Assembly: GCF_006345805.1 (NCBI RefSeq)
Contig: NC_043014.1
Coordinates: forward strand, 6,448,001-6,512,000
DNA from: Octopus sinensis
Lineage: Eukaryota
Length of the DNA: 64,000 nucleotides
Direction of reading: 5' to 3'
In this document: positions 39,601 to 53,746 of the stretch, piece by piece
Numbering within the stretch: position 1 is the first letter of the stretch
How the letters are laid out: every line of letters begins with the position of its first letter
Made by a program: the position numbers and the translations under genes
Notes under the pieces: model-generated
What the model saw: only the letters and a program-made list of their open reading frames with translations
Database searches by the model: none
Told to the model about the DNA's origin: nothing

Positions 39601-42600
39601 GTTAGTGGTCACTCTATGGATGCTCATTGACAACAGCAGGAGAACAGGACAGTGGTCAGATGCAGGAGAGTCACCTGAACACTACCCAGACCCACCATTG
39701 CACCCTAAAACGTTAGTGGTCACTCTATGGATGCTCTTTGACAACAGCAGGAGAACAGGACAGTGGTCAGATGCAGGAGAGTCACCTGAACACTACCCAG
39801 ACCCACCATTGCACCCTAAAACGTTAGTGGTCACTCTATGGATGCTCTTTGACAACAGCAGGAGAACAGGACAGTGGTCAGATGCAGGAGAGTCACCTGA
39901 ACACTACCCAGACCCACCATTGCACCCTAAAACGTTAGTGGTCACTCTATGGATGCTCTTTGACAACAGCAGGAGAACAGGACAGTGGTCAGATGCAGGA
40001 GAGTCACCTGAACACTACCTAAACCCACCATTGTACCCTAAAAGGTTAGTGGTCACTCTATGGATGCTCATTGACAACAGCAGGAGAACAGGACAGTGGT
40101 CAGATGCAGGAGAGTCACCTGAACACTACCCAGACCCACCATTGCACCCTAAAACGTTAGTGGTCACTCTATGGATGCTCTTTGACAACAGCAGGAGAAC
40201 AGGACAGTGGTCAGATGCAGGAGAGTCACCTGAACACTACCTAAACCCACCATTGTACCCTAAAAGGTTAGTGGTCACTCTATGGATGCTCATTGACAAC
40301 AGCAGGAGAACAGGACAGTGGTCAGATGCAGGAGAGTCACCTGAACACTACCAGACCCACCATTGCACCCTAAAACGTTAGTGGTCACTCTATGGATGCT
40401 CTTTGACAACAGCAGGAGAACAGGACAGTGGTCAGATGCAGGAGAGTCACCTGAACACTACCCAAACCCACCATTGCACCCTAAAACGTTAGTGGTCACT
40501 CTATGGATGCTCATTGACAACAGCAGGAGAACAGGACAGTGGTCAGATGCAGGAGAGTCACCTGAACACTACCCAGACCCACCATTGCACCCTAAAACGT
40601 TAGTGGTCACTCTATGGATGCTCTTTGACAACAGCAGGAGAACAGGACAGTGGTCAGATGCAGGAGAGTCACCTGAACACTACCCAGACCCACCATTGCA
40701 CCCTAAAACGTTAGTGGTCACTCTATGGATGCTCTTTGACAACAGCAGGAGAACAGGACATTGGTCAGATGCAGGAGAGTCACCTGAACACTACCTAAAC
40801 CGACCATTGTACCCTAAAACGTTAGTGGTCACTCTATGGATGCTCTTTGACAACAGCAGGAGAACAAGACAGTGGTCAGATGCAGGAGAGTCACCTGAAC
40901 ACTACCCAGACCCACCATTGCACCCTAAAACGTTAGTGGTCACTCTATGGATGCTCTTTGACAACAGCAGGAGAACAGGACAGTGGTCAGATGCAGGAGA
41001 GTCACCTGAACACTACCCAACCCACCATTGCACCCTAAAACGTTAGTGGTCACTCTATGGATGCTCTTTGACAACAGCAGGAGAACAGGACAGTGGTCAG
41101 ATGCAGGAGAGTCACCTGAACACTACCCAAACCCACCATTGCACCCTAAAACGTTAGTGGTCACTCTATGGATGCTCTTTGACAACAGCAGGAGAACAGG
41201 ACAGTGGTCAGATGCAGGAGAGTCACCTGAACACTACCCAGACCCACCATTGCACCCTAAAACGTTAGTGGTCACTCTATGGATGCTCTTTGACAACAGC
41301 AGGAGAACAGGACAGTGGTCAGATGCAGGAGAGTCACCTGAACACTACCCAGACCCACCATTGCACCCTAAAACGTTAGTGGTCACTCTATGGATGCTCT
41401 TTGACAACAGCAGGAGAACAGGACAGTGGTCAGATGCAGGAGAGTCACCTGAACACTACCCAACCCACCATTGCACCCTAAAACGTTAGTGGTCACTCTA
41501 TGGATGCTCTTTGACAACAGCAGGAGAACAGGACAGTGGTCAGATGCAGGAGAGTCACCTAAACACTACCCAAACCCACCATTGCACCCTAAAACGTTAG
41601 TGGTCACTCTATGGATGCTCTTTGACAACAGCAGGAGAACAGGACAGTGGTCAGATGCAGGAGAGTCACCTGAACACTACCCAGACCCACCATTGCACCC
41701 TAAAACGTTAGTGGTCACTCTATGGATGCTCTTTGACAACAGCAGGAGAACAGGACAGTGGTCAGATGCAGGAGAGTCACCTGAACACTACCCAGACCCA
41801 CCATTGCACCCTAAAACGTTAGTGGTCACTCTATGGATGCTCTTTGACAACAGCAGGAGAACAGGACAGTGGTCAGATGCAGGAGAGTCACCTAAACACT
41901 ACCCAGACCCACCATTGCACCCTAAAACGTTAGTGGTCACTCTATGGATGCTCTTTGACAACAGCAGGAGAACAGGACAGTGGTCAGATGCAGGAGAGTC
42001 ACCTGAACACTACCAAGACCCACCATTGCACCCTAAAACGTTAGTGGTCACTCTATGGATGCTCTTTGACAACAGCAGGAGAACAGGACAGTGGTCAGAT
42101 GCAGGAGAGTCACCTAAACACTACCCAAACCCACCATTGCACCCTAAAACGTTAGTGGTCACTCTATGGATGCTCTTTGACAACAGCAGGAGAACAGGAC
42201 AGTGGTCAGAGGCAGGAGAGTCACCTAAACACTACCCAAACCCACCATTGCACCCTAAAACGTTAGTGGTCACTCTATGGATGCTCTTTGACAACAGCAG
42301 GAGAACAGGACAGTGGTCAGATGCAGGAGAGTCACCTGAACACTACCCAGACCCACCATTGCACCCTAAAACGTTAGTGGTCACTCTATGGATGCTCTTT
42401 GACAACAGCAGGAGAACAGGACAGTGGTCAGATGCAGGAGAGTCACCTGAACACTACCCAGACCCACCATTGCACCCTAAAACGTTAGTGGTCACTCTAT
42501 GGATGCTCTTTGACAACAGCAGGAGAACAGGACAGTGGTCAGATGCAGGAGAGTCACCTAAACACTACCAAAACCCACCATTGCACCCTAAAACGTTAGT

Positions 42601-45600
42601 GGTCACTCTATGGATGCTCTTTGACAACAGCAGGAGAACAGGACAGTGGTCAGATGCAGGAGAGTCACCTAAACACTATCCAAACCCACCATTGCACCCT
42701 AAAACGTTAGTGGTCACTCTATGGATGCTCTTTGACAACAGCAGGAGAACAGGACAGTGGTCAGATGCAGGAGAGTCACCTGAACAATACCCAGACCCAC
42801 CATTGCACCCTAAAACGTTAGTGGTCACTCTATGGATGCTCTTTGACAACAGCAGGAGAACAGGACAGTGGTCAGATGCAGGAGAGTCACCTGAACACTA
42901 CCCAAACCCACCATTGCACCCTAAAACGTTAGTGGTCACTCTATGGATGCTCTTTGACAACAGCAGGAGAACAGGACAGTGGTCAGATGCAGGAGAGTCA
43001 CCTGAACACTACCCAGACCCACCATTGCACCCTAAAACGTTAGTGGTCACTCTATGGATGCTCATTGACAACAGCAGGAGAACAGGACAGTGGTCAGATG
43101 CAGGAGAGTCACCTGAACACTACCCAGACCCACCATTGCACCCTAAAACGTTAGTGGTCACTCTATGGATGCTCATTGACAACAGCAGGAGAACAGGACA
43201 GTGGTCAGATGCAGGAGAGTCACCTGAACACTACCCAGACCCACCATTGCACCCTAAAACGTTAGTGGTCACTCTATGGATGCTCTTTGACAACAGCAGG
43301 AGAACAGGACAGTGGTCAGATGCAGGAGAGTCACCTGAACACTACCCAAACCCACCATTGCACCCTAAAACGTTAGTGGTCACTCTATGGATGCTCTTTG
43401 ACAACAGCAGGAGAACAGGACAGTGGTCAGATGCAGGAGAGTCACCTGAACACTACCCAGACCACCATTGCACCCTAAAACGTTAGTGGTCACTCTATGG
43501 ATGCTTTTTGACAACAGCAGGAGAACAGGACAGTGGTCAGATGCAGGAGAGTCACCTGAACACTACCCAGACCCACCATTGTACCCTAAAAGGTTAGTGG
43601 TCACTCTATGGATGCTCTTTGACAACAGCAGGAGAACAGGACAGTGGTCAGATGCAGGAGAGTCACCTGAACACTACCCAGACCCACCATTGCACCCTAA
43701 AACGTTAGTGGTCACTCTATGGATGCTCTTTGACAACAGCAGGAGAACAGGACAGTGGTCAGATGCAGGAGAGTCACCTGAACACTACCCAGACCCACCA
43801 TTGCACCCTAAAACGTTAGTGGTCACTCTATGGATGCTCTTTGACAACAGCAGGAGAACAGGACAGTGGTCAGATGCAGGAGAGTCACCTGAACACTACC
43901 CAAACCCACCATTGCACCCTAAAACGTTAGTGGTCACTCTATGGATGCTCTTTGACAACAGCAGGAGAACAGGACAGTGGTCAGATGCAGGAGAGTCACC
44001 TGAACACTACCCAGACCCACCATTGCACCCTAAAACGTTAGTGGTCACTCTATGGATGCTCTTTGACAACAGCAGGAGAACAGGACAGTGGTCAGATGCA
44101 GGAGAGTCACCTGAACACTACCCAGACCCACCATTGCACCCTAAAACGTTAGTGGTCACTCTATGGATGCTTTTTGACAACAGCAGGAGAACAGGACAGT
44201 GGTCAGATGCAGGAGAGTCACCTGAACAATACCCAGACCCACCATTGCACCCTAAAACGTTAGTGGTCACTCTATGGATGCTCTTTGACAACAGCAGGAG
44301 AACAGGACTGTGGTCAGATGCAGGAGAGTCACCTGAACACTACCCAGACCCACCATTGCACCCTAAAACGTTAGTGGTCACTCTATGGATGCTTTTTGAC
44401 AACAGCAGGAGAACAGGACAGTGGTCAGATGCAGGAGAGTCACCTGAACAATACCCAGACCCACCATTGCACCCTAAAACGTTAGTGGTCACTCTATGGA
44501 TGCTTTTTGACAACAGCAGGAGAACAGGACAGTGGTCAGATGCAGGAGAGTCACCTGAACACTACCCAGACCCACCATTGCACCCTAAAACGTTAGTGGT
44601 CACTCTATGGATGCTCTTTGACAACAGCAGGAGAACAGGACAGTGGTCAGATGCAGGAGAGTCACCTGAACACTACCCAGACCCACCATTGCACCCTAAA
44701 ACGTTAGTGGTCACTCTATGGATGCTTTTTGACAACAGCAGGAGAACAGGACATTGGTCAGATGCAGGAGAGTCACCTGAACACTACCCAAACCCACCAT
44801 TGCACCCTAAAACGTTAGTGGTCACTCTATGGATGCTTTTTGACAACAGCAGGAGAACAGGACATTGGTCAGATGCAGGAGAGTCACCTGAACACTACCC
44901 AGACCCACCATTGCACCCTAAAACGTTAGTGGTCACTCTATGGATGCTCTTTGACAACAGCAGGAGAACAGGACAGTGGTCAGATGCAGGAGAGTCACCT
45001 GAACACTACCCAGACCCACCATTGCACCCTAAAACGTTAGTGGTCACTCTATGGATGCTCTTTGACAACAGCAGGAGAACAGGACAGTGGTCAGATGCAG
45101 GAGAGTCACCTGAACACTACCCAGACCCACCATTGCACCCTAAAACGTTAGTGGTCACTCTATGGATGCTCTTTGACAACAGCAGGAGAACAGGACAGTG
45201 GTCAGATGCAGGAGAGTCACCTGAACACTACCCAGACCCACCATTGCACCCTAAAACGTTAGTGGTCACTCTATGGATGCTTTTTGACAACAGCAGGAGA
45301 ACAGGACAGTGGTCAGATGCAGGAGAGTCACCTGAACACTACCCAGACCCACCATTGCACCCTAAAACGTTAGTGGTCACTCTATGGATGCTCTTTGACA
45401 ACAGCAGGAGAACAGGACAGTGGTCAGATGCAGGAGAGTCACCTAAACACTACCCAAACCCACCATTGCACCCTAAAACGTTAGTGGTCACTCTATGGAT
45501 GCTCTTTGACAACAGCAGGAGAACAGGACAGTGGTCAGATGCAGGAGAGTCACCTGAACACTACCCAGACCCACCATTGCACCCTAAAACGTTAGTGGCC

Positions 45601-45606
45601 ACTGTA
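36622..45606 (+). repeat. Tandem array of 81 x 111 bp derived from the mariner transposase coding sequence
   Basis: The unit encodes WMLFDNSRRTGQWSDAGESPEHYPDPPLHPKTLVVTL. 8985 bp = 81x111 minus six 1-bp deletions (~38580, 38634, 40352, 41020, 41461, 43461). Confidence 0.97.
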
Positions 45607-46171
45607 TGGTGGTCTGTGAAGGGAGTTATTCATTATTCATTTTTGCAACAAAGAAAGACGGTAACAGCAACATCGTATTGCCAGGAAATTGATTGTATTC
45701 ATCAGAATTTGAAAAAGAAGCAACCCAGACTAGTGAAGAGAGATGGTCCAGTTCTGCTCCATGACAATGTATGTCCTCACACTCCTCGAGTTACGGTCTA
45801 GAAGTCGCAAAACCGGAATAATTATGAGATTTTGCAACATCCTCCCTATTCCCCTGATATTTCTCCTACTAATTATCACTTATTCAAGCATTTTGGGCTT
45901 TTCATAAGCAATAAAACATTCTTAAATAGAGAAGAGGTAATTGAAGCACTCGGACAGTTTATCCCAGGAGAAAAGATGAATTGTTTTTTTAAAGATGGAG
46001 GATATGACATGGAAAAACGTTGGGTAAACGTCTTAAATGAACATGGATCATACTTTGATTAAATAAATCAGTTCTCTAACACTTCTGAAACATTTTATTG
46101 TTACCTTTCAAATACATTTTACGTGAAACAACCTTATATTTTCATTGAAACATCTACATTTTGCCTTACAG

Positions 46172-46266
46172 GTTTTCCCAGCGCTGCTTCTGGTATGTTG
46201 TACACTAAATGGATTTTGGTCGTCAATCTCATTCTTCTGTTTTTGGTTGCTGCAATTTCTCGATAG
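46172..46266 (+). CDS. Gene C last coding exon, GPI-anchor-like signal
   Basis: Acceptor ttttgccttacAG, then (G)FPSAASGMLYTKWILVVNLILLFLVAAISR*. 95 nt, paralogous to 18995-19089. Confidence 0.85.
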
Positions 46267-47166
46267 TGTCATCTTTTTTTTGCACAAAGACGATAACGAA
46301 GGTTTGTAAAGATAAATTACTTTCTTTTCCGTTTTCTTTTTGCTTCTTAATTTTCCTCTCATTCATCTCCTTCCTACCCCTCCTTATCGTTCCGCAAACT
46401 CGTTTTCGCCCTCTTCATATACATGGGTGTGGTGGTGGGGGTGGTTCAAGCTTCTTGGTACAGTTAACCCCTACAGCTGTGGAGCTCCCTCTCCGTGGGA
46501 CCCAAGAGCTCTATTCTGTAAAGGTGTCTACCAACAGTTATTTAGACCAAATGTCACAGAGATCGGCCTGTAGAGTGCTATGGATACCATTTAGTATATC
46601 AAATAAGCCAGTTATACAAAAACACCACTCTCTGCCTGAATGATGGCCTCGTTAAATCCACAGAAAAGACCGTTTCCAAGGATCGAGTGGTTTCCCTTTG
46701 TTTTATACATCACACACAAAATGGCAGCCTTCAACGTGTCTGTATATTTATTTATTCTATAGTGTTGCATCTCTCACACTCGAGTCTCGTCCCAGTCGAA
46801 ATGTTGGTTACTTCCCCTGTTGGTGTGTTCTTTAATTTTTCTTTTATCGTTCGCTTCTTTGGGGTTTATCCCTCTTACCTTTACGATCCACCTACCGACC
46901 GATAGCACTGGTCAAAAGTTATCTAAATTCCATTCAAAGTATTCCTTACGCATTCATTTTCTTATTTACAGATTCCAATGGACGTTATTTGGATTTGGTA
47001 TCGACCAGTGATGTTAGTGACGGGGTACAACAAACATCGAACTTCTCCTGTCCAAGATTATATATACACTTTATATATTTTTAGATACTAATTAAACATG
47101 TTAATTATAATCCTTGTAAGTCACTAACTGTAGAAATACTAACTGTAGTAACGTAAACAACTAATA

Positions 47167-47421
47167 TTACGTCGGTGCATAATTATTGCGGCATTTTTCT
47201 ACAAATTTTATTCAACAAAAACAATAACAACATGTAACAAAAACATCTTTAAATGAATATTCCGGAGCATATTCACCATCTACTTCAATTACTGCTTCCC
47301 ATTTGCTTGGCAGACAGTTAGACCGTCATTTTAAAATGTTTTTGGTAAATATTGTTATTGTTTTTGTCGAAAAAAATTTGTTGGAAAAAATAAATGCCGC
47401 AATATTTATGTACCAACCCAA
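47167..47421. mobile_element. Mariner-derived MITE (~255 bp)
   Basis: TA-ttacgtcggtgcataattattgcggcattt..aaatgccgcaatatttatgtaccaacccaa-TA. Absent at the paralogous site ~20840. Confidence 0.8.
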
Positions 47422-47944
47422 TAATATTAGCAATTCCGCATTTTAGTTACACTATAATACACAAACATTCTGAATATACTTACAAAGTTCCATCAGATTA
47501 AAGCGAACATTTGTTAACAAAAGAGTCAGAAGTAAAATTATCTAAGAACTACAGCAAAATTATTTTGCTTTAAAAGTTAAATATTATTGTTTTATGAAGT
47601 AAATCAAGGTATTTGGATTATATTTTATATACGAATTTTAAATGTAAAACCCGTGTGGAATTATGATAAATAAAGCAATTGAAAATGTGTCTGTCTTTTG
47701 GAGATTTCTTTAACGAATATGTTTAGGGAAAAAGAATTCATTGAAATTGCACTTATTTACTGCAATAATTAGTTTTGTGCACCGAAGTGTATTAATTTAA
47801 TAAGAATCACATTTGTATAAACAGTTAATAATGGAAACATTTGCAATGGATATTTGCATAATATTTGCATATGTGTTAATGTGTATCGATATAAACACAC
47901 ACACGTATGAGTGCACGCGAGAATATACATATTAATATATGTAA

Positions 47945-48014
<70 letters not shown>

Positions 48015-48099
48015 GTGTTTGTATGCATAGAAGTATATGGAATTGCGTATATATTTACGTATGTGTGTATACAAACTCTACAAACTCATGTTTGTATAG

Positions 48100-48512
<413 letters not shown>

Positions 48513-48919
48513 CACATGTGTATATAAGCACAGAACTAGATAGGAATTCAGAGACAAGCATGCAACTGTCGTGTGAAACTTCCCTGCATACATGTAAATG
48601 CCACCAGGTATGTAACAACAGGTTGTGAAACAGCTGTAACGCTATGGAAATCACATGGTTAAGTAAATTGTTATTCACTGACTTTCACGGGAAACATGTA
48701 TTTTTGTGGTTGAAACCTTTTGGATTTTCTAGTGCTAGAATGAGCCACATAGTGACCATTCTCTTATATTTATTTTTGTATAAAATATTATAATATATAA
48801 TAAAATATTATAATAATCCAGGTTTCTCGAAGCACTGGACCACTTGGTGTTGAATAGATATAGTATCTAATTCTCTCACCCTTATTAATCAATTATTTAT
48901 ATATATATATATATAATAT

Positions 48920-48951
<32 letters not shown>

Positions 48952-49199
48952 CGAAATTAAAGAAGTAAAATGCACACACACATTACATAGTTTTAATATA
49001 TCATTTGATATATCGTATATAGTGTTTGTCGGCCGGTCACACTTTCGTTAATCGTGACATTAAAATTGATTTAATTACGTATTTTCTTAAGAAAAATTAT
49101 TTTGTCCATGTTGTATGCGCAGTTTATGACTGAATGATTCAACAAGTAGAAAAAAATCTAAGGGGAGGTAATTGGCGATTGTTATTATAGTGGATAGGG

Positions 49200-50780
49200 G
49201 AGATAATCTAGGAACACCAGGAACTTCGAGACCGGTTCTCTGCTGCATGTAAAACCTTTAGGTTAACCACCAATATAAAGAAGACGGAAGTAGTCCACCA
49301 ACTTTGTGCTACACCTACACAAATTCGAGGGGTCAAGCAGAGGTCACCGCTTCACAAATTTCCTGACACTCCAACACGGGTTGACGGGAAAACCGAAATT
49401 ATGTGAAGTCATTTACATATCTTGGTAGTAAAGTAAATTCGAGCACTTCCTTTGATGATGAAAACGTCAGCCGTCTTGCAAAGGGAACCAACACATTTGG
49501 CAAACTCCGTCCTCGCCAATGGACTGAAAGGGGCATCAAAATTGAGAACGAAGTACAGGTGTATAGAGATGCCGTTCTTACTACTCTCTTGTATGGCTTA
49601 GAATCGTGGATACCTATTTCTTTACTACCCACAAGGGGCTAAGCACAGAGAGGACAAACAAGGACAGACACACGGATTAAGTCGATTACATCGACCCCAG
49701 TGCCTAACAGGTACTTAATTTATCGACCCCGAAAGGATGAAAGGCAAAGTCGACCTCGGCGGAATTTGAACACAGAACGTAAAGACAGACGAAATACCTA
49801 TTTCTTTACTACCCACAAGGGGCTAAGCACAGAGAGGACAAACAAGGACAGACAAACGGATTAAGTCGATTACATCGACCCCAGTGCCTAACAGGTAGTT
49901 AATTTATCGACCCTGACAGGAAGAGAGGCAAAGTCGACCTCGGCGGAATTTGAACTCAGAACGTAAAGACAGACGAAATACCTATTTCTTTATTACCCAC
50001 AAGGGGCTAAGCACAGAGAGGACAAACAAGGACAGACAAACGGATTAAGTCGATTACATCGACCCCAGTGCGTAACTGGTACTTATTTAACCGACCCCGA
50101 AAGGATGAAAGGCAAAGTCGACCTCGGCGGAATTTGAACTCAGAACGTAACGGCAGACGAAATACGGCTACGCATTTCGCCCGGCGTGCTAAATTTCTGC
50201 CAGCTCGCCGCCTTGATATCGTGGATACCTTATAGACGGCACATTAACCAACTAGACATCTTCCACAAAGGCTGAGGACAATCTATCGTTATTCATTTAA
50301 AGACAGAGTTTCTGATGCCGACCTGTTTAGCAAGTGTAAGATTAGTGGAGTCAAGAGCTTTCTTGTGGCCATTTCGTCAGAACGAGTGACGAAAAGACAT
50401 TATGTTTAGTCAGCTTGAATGTGGGCACAGGAATTTTGATCGACCAAAGCTGAGATGTAAAGACAAGCTGAAGAGTAACCTCTTAGAACTGTAAACTCGC
50501 AACACCTTTGAGCGGACAGCTTTGGAACGAACAAGATGGAAATCGTTGGATCGAAACGATATTAAAAACTTTGTCGCAACCAGTATTCGGGTTGCAAGGC
50601 AGAAGAGAAAAGCGGTTGCATATATACCACCTACACTGATTTGTAATCCTCGTGCAAGCAGCATCTGTGGCCTTCTTCGGAAATCGTTGACCGGACTTGA
50701 ATGTAAGATTAGACATCATTTTGACTGACAAAGAAGATTACGTTACCGGAGCTTCGTATGTTGAAACCAACGGGTGAGTC
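49200..50780 (+). mobile_element. Degenerate RTE-like LINE interrupted by a minus-strand SINE A trimer (49611-50214)
   Basis: KSFTYLGSKV..DDENVSRLAK..FGKLR..VLTTLLYGLESW. tcgtggatacct is duplicated on both sides of the SINE. Confidence 0.8.
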
Positions 50781-50817
50781 CACCATATATACACAAATAT
50801 ATACATACATATATATA

Positions 50818-50957
<140 letters not shown>

Positions 50958-50958
50958 A

Positions 50959-51040
<82 letters not shown>

Positions 51041-51234
51041 GCATACATACATATATATAAATATACATATATATAGGCGCAGGAGTGTGGTAAGTAGCTT
51101 GCTAACCAACTACATGGTTCTGGGTTCAGTCCCACTGCGTGGCATCTTGGGCAAGTGTATTCTGCTATAGCCCCGGACCGACCAATGCCTTGTGAGTGGA
51201 TTTGGTAGACGGAAACTGAAAGAAGCCTGTCGTA

Positions 51235-51297
<63 letters not shown>

Positions 51298-51333
51298 CTG
51301 TGTTTGTTCCCCTAGCATTGCTTGACAACCGAT

Positions 51334-52955
51334 AGTTTTAATATATCATTTGATATATCGTATATAGTGTTTGTCGGCCGGTCACACTTTCGTTAATCGT
51401 GACATTAAAATTGATTTAATTACGTATTTTCTTAAGAAAAATTATTTTGTCCGTGTTGTATGCGCAGTTTATGACTGAATGATTCAACAAGTAGAAAAAA
51501 ATCTAAGGGGAGGTAATTGGCGATTGTTATTATAGTGGATAGGGGAGATAATCTAGGAACACCAGGAACTTCGAGACCGGTTCTCTGCTGCATGTAAAAC
51601 CTTTAGGTTAACCACCAATAAAAAGAAGACGGAAGTAGTCCACCAACTTTGTGCTACACCTACACAAATTCGAGGGGTCAAGCAGAGGTCACCGCTTCAC
51701 AAATTTCCTGACACTCCAACACAGGTTGACGGTAAAACCGAAATTATGTGAAATCATTTACATATCTTGGTAGTAAAGTAAATTCGAGCACTTCCTTTGA
51801 TGATGAAAACGTCAGCCGTCTTGCAAAGGGAACCAACACATTTGGCAAACTCCGTCCTCGCCAATGGACTGAAAGGGGCATCAAAATTGAGAACGAAGTA
51901 CAGGTGTATAGAGATGCCGTTCTTACTACTCCCTTGTATGGCTCAGAATCGTGGATACCTATTTCTTTACTACCCACAAGGGGCTAAGCACAGAGAGGAC
52001 AAACGGATTAAGTCGATTACATCGACCCCAGTGCCTAACAGGTACTTAATTTATCGACCCCGACAGGAAGAGAGGCAAAGTCGACCTCGGCGGAATTTGA
52101 ACTCAGAACGTAAAGACAGACGAAATACCTATTTCTTTATTACCCACAAGGGGCTAAGCACAGAGAGGACAAACAAGGACAGACAAACGGATTAAGTCGA
52201 TTACATCGACCCCAGTGCGTAACTGGTACTTATTTAACCGACCCCGAAAGGATGAAAGGCAAAGTCGACCTCGGCGGAATTTGAATTCAGAACGTACCGG
52301 CAGTCGAAATACGGCTACGCATTTCGCCCGGCGTGCTAAATTTCTGCCAGCTCGCCGCCTTGATATCGTGGATACCTTATAGACGACACATTAACCAACT
52401 AGACATCTTCCACAAAGGCTGAGGACAATCTATCGTTATTCATTTAAAGACAGAGTTTCTGATGCCGACCTGTTTAGCAAGTGTAAGATTAGTGGAGTCA
52501 AGAGCTTTCTTGTGGCCATTTCGTCAGAATGAGTGACGAAAGAATACGAGTGATGAAAATACATTATGTTTAGTGAGCTTGAGTGTGGGCACAGGAATTT
52601 TGATCGACCAAAGCTCAGATGTAAAGACAAGCTGAAGAGTAACCTCTTAGAACTGAAAACTCGCAACACCTTTGAGCGGACAGCTTTTGAACGAACAAAA
52701 TAGAAATCGTTGGATCGAAACGATATTAAAAACTTTGTCGCAACCAGTATTCGGGCTGCAAGGCAAAAGAGAAAAGCGGTTGCATATATACCACCTACAC
52801 TGATTTGTAATCCTCTTGCTAGCAGCATCTGTGGCCTTCTTCGGAAATCGTTGACCGGACTTGATTGTAAGATTAGACATCATTTTGACTGACAAAGAAA
52901 GACTACGTTGCCGGGGCCTCGTACGTTGAAACCAACGGATGAGTCCACCATATAT
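51334..52955 (+). repeat. Tandem duplicate of 48989-50790 (RTE relic, SINE and flank)
   Basis: Near-identical from agttttaatatatcatttgatatatcg onward, with scattered SNPs and a different SINE unit number. Confidence 0.9.
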
Positions 52956-52996
52956 ACACGTCTTCATGCTTGGATTAACTTTATATATACATATAC

Positions 52997-53051
<55 letters not shown>

Positions 53052-53228
53052 CGTGTGTGCATATGTCTATCTATCTATCTATTTATATATATATGTGTGT
53101 GTGTGTATATATATGTATGCATATATATATATATATATATAATATATATATATAAGTATATATATACATATGTATATACATATATATATACTTATATATA
53201 TATATATATATTATATATATATATATAT

Positions 53229-53290
<62 letters not shown>

Positions 53291-53296
53291 GCATAC

Positions 53297-53327
<31 letters not shown>

Positions 53328-53368
53328 CATATATATGTATATATATATATATATATATAATATATATA

Positions 53369-53419
<51 letters not shown>

Positions 53420-53746
53420 TAATCCAAACATGAAAACACAAAGAGAAAACACAACAAGGTGAGGCCGTGGAACAAGTATAGTGTTATTGGACGCTCAGGA
53501 AAGGAAAGAAAGAAAGAGGGTTTAACGTTTCGAGCGGGGCTCTTCGTTAGAAACATAGGAAAAGGAAAGATCCAAGGAAGGGAAGACAGAGGAAGAAAAA
53601 TCGCCAACGATACACACGCGGTTCTAAGTGAAAAGATTTGGCTCACATTGAGTTGCTTCCCTCTATATGATTGCAAGATTAAATATTTGTAGCATATGTT
53701 AAAGGGAGCATACTCTGTAACCAAAAATTTATTTGTACTTTAGCTC

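Larger units (their letters stand above)
35684..46136 (+). mobile_element. Mariner (DD34D-type) transposon in gene C intron 3, inactive and expanded to 10.4 kb
   Basis: TA TSDs at 35682-83 and 46137-38. TIRs ttaggttattttacatgaaatgt / acattttacgtgaaacaacctta. Transposase motifs YEYKLIHSAAEA..GRPK, IIICEEKW, VWWSVKGVIHY, LLHDN and HPPYSPDISPTNYHLF. Empty site in gene B (ccgtaaaTAttttcc, ~18960). Confidence 0.92.

Noticed and set aside
36571-45801. Novel giant repeat protein or CRISPR-like array
   Set aside because: The units are near-identical with no unique spacers and are a segment of a mariner transposase lying between TIRs inside an intron. There is no evidence of its own start or expression.
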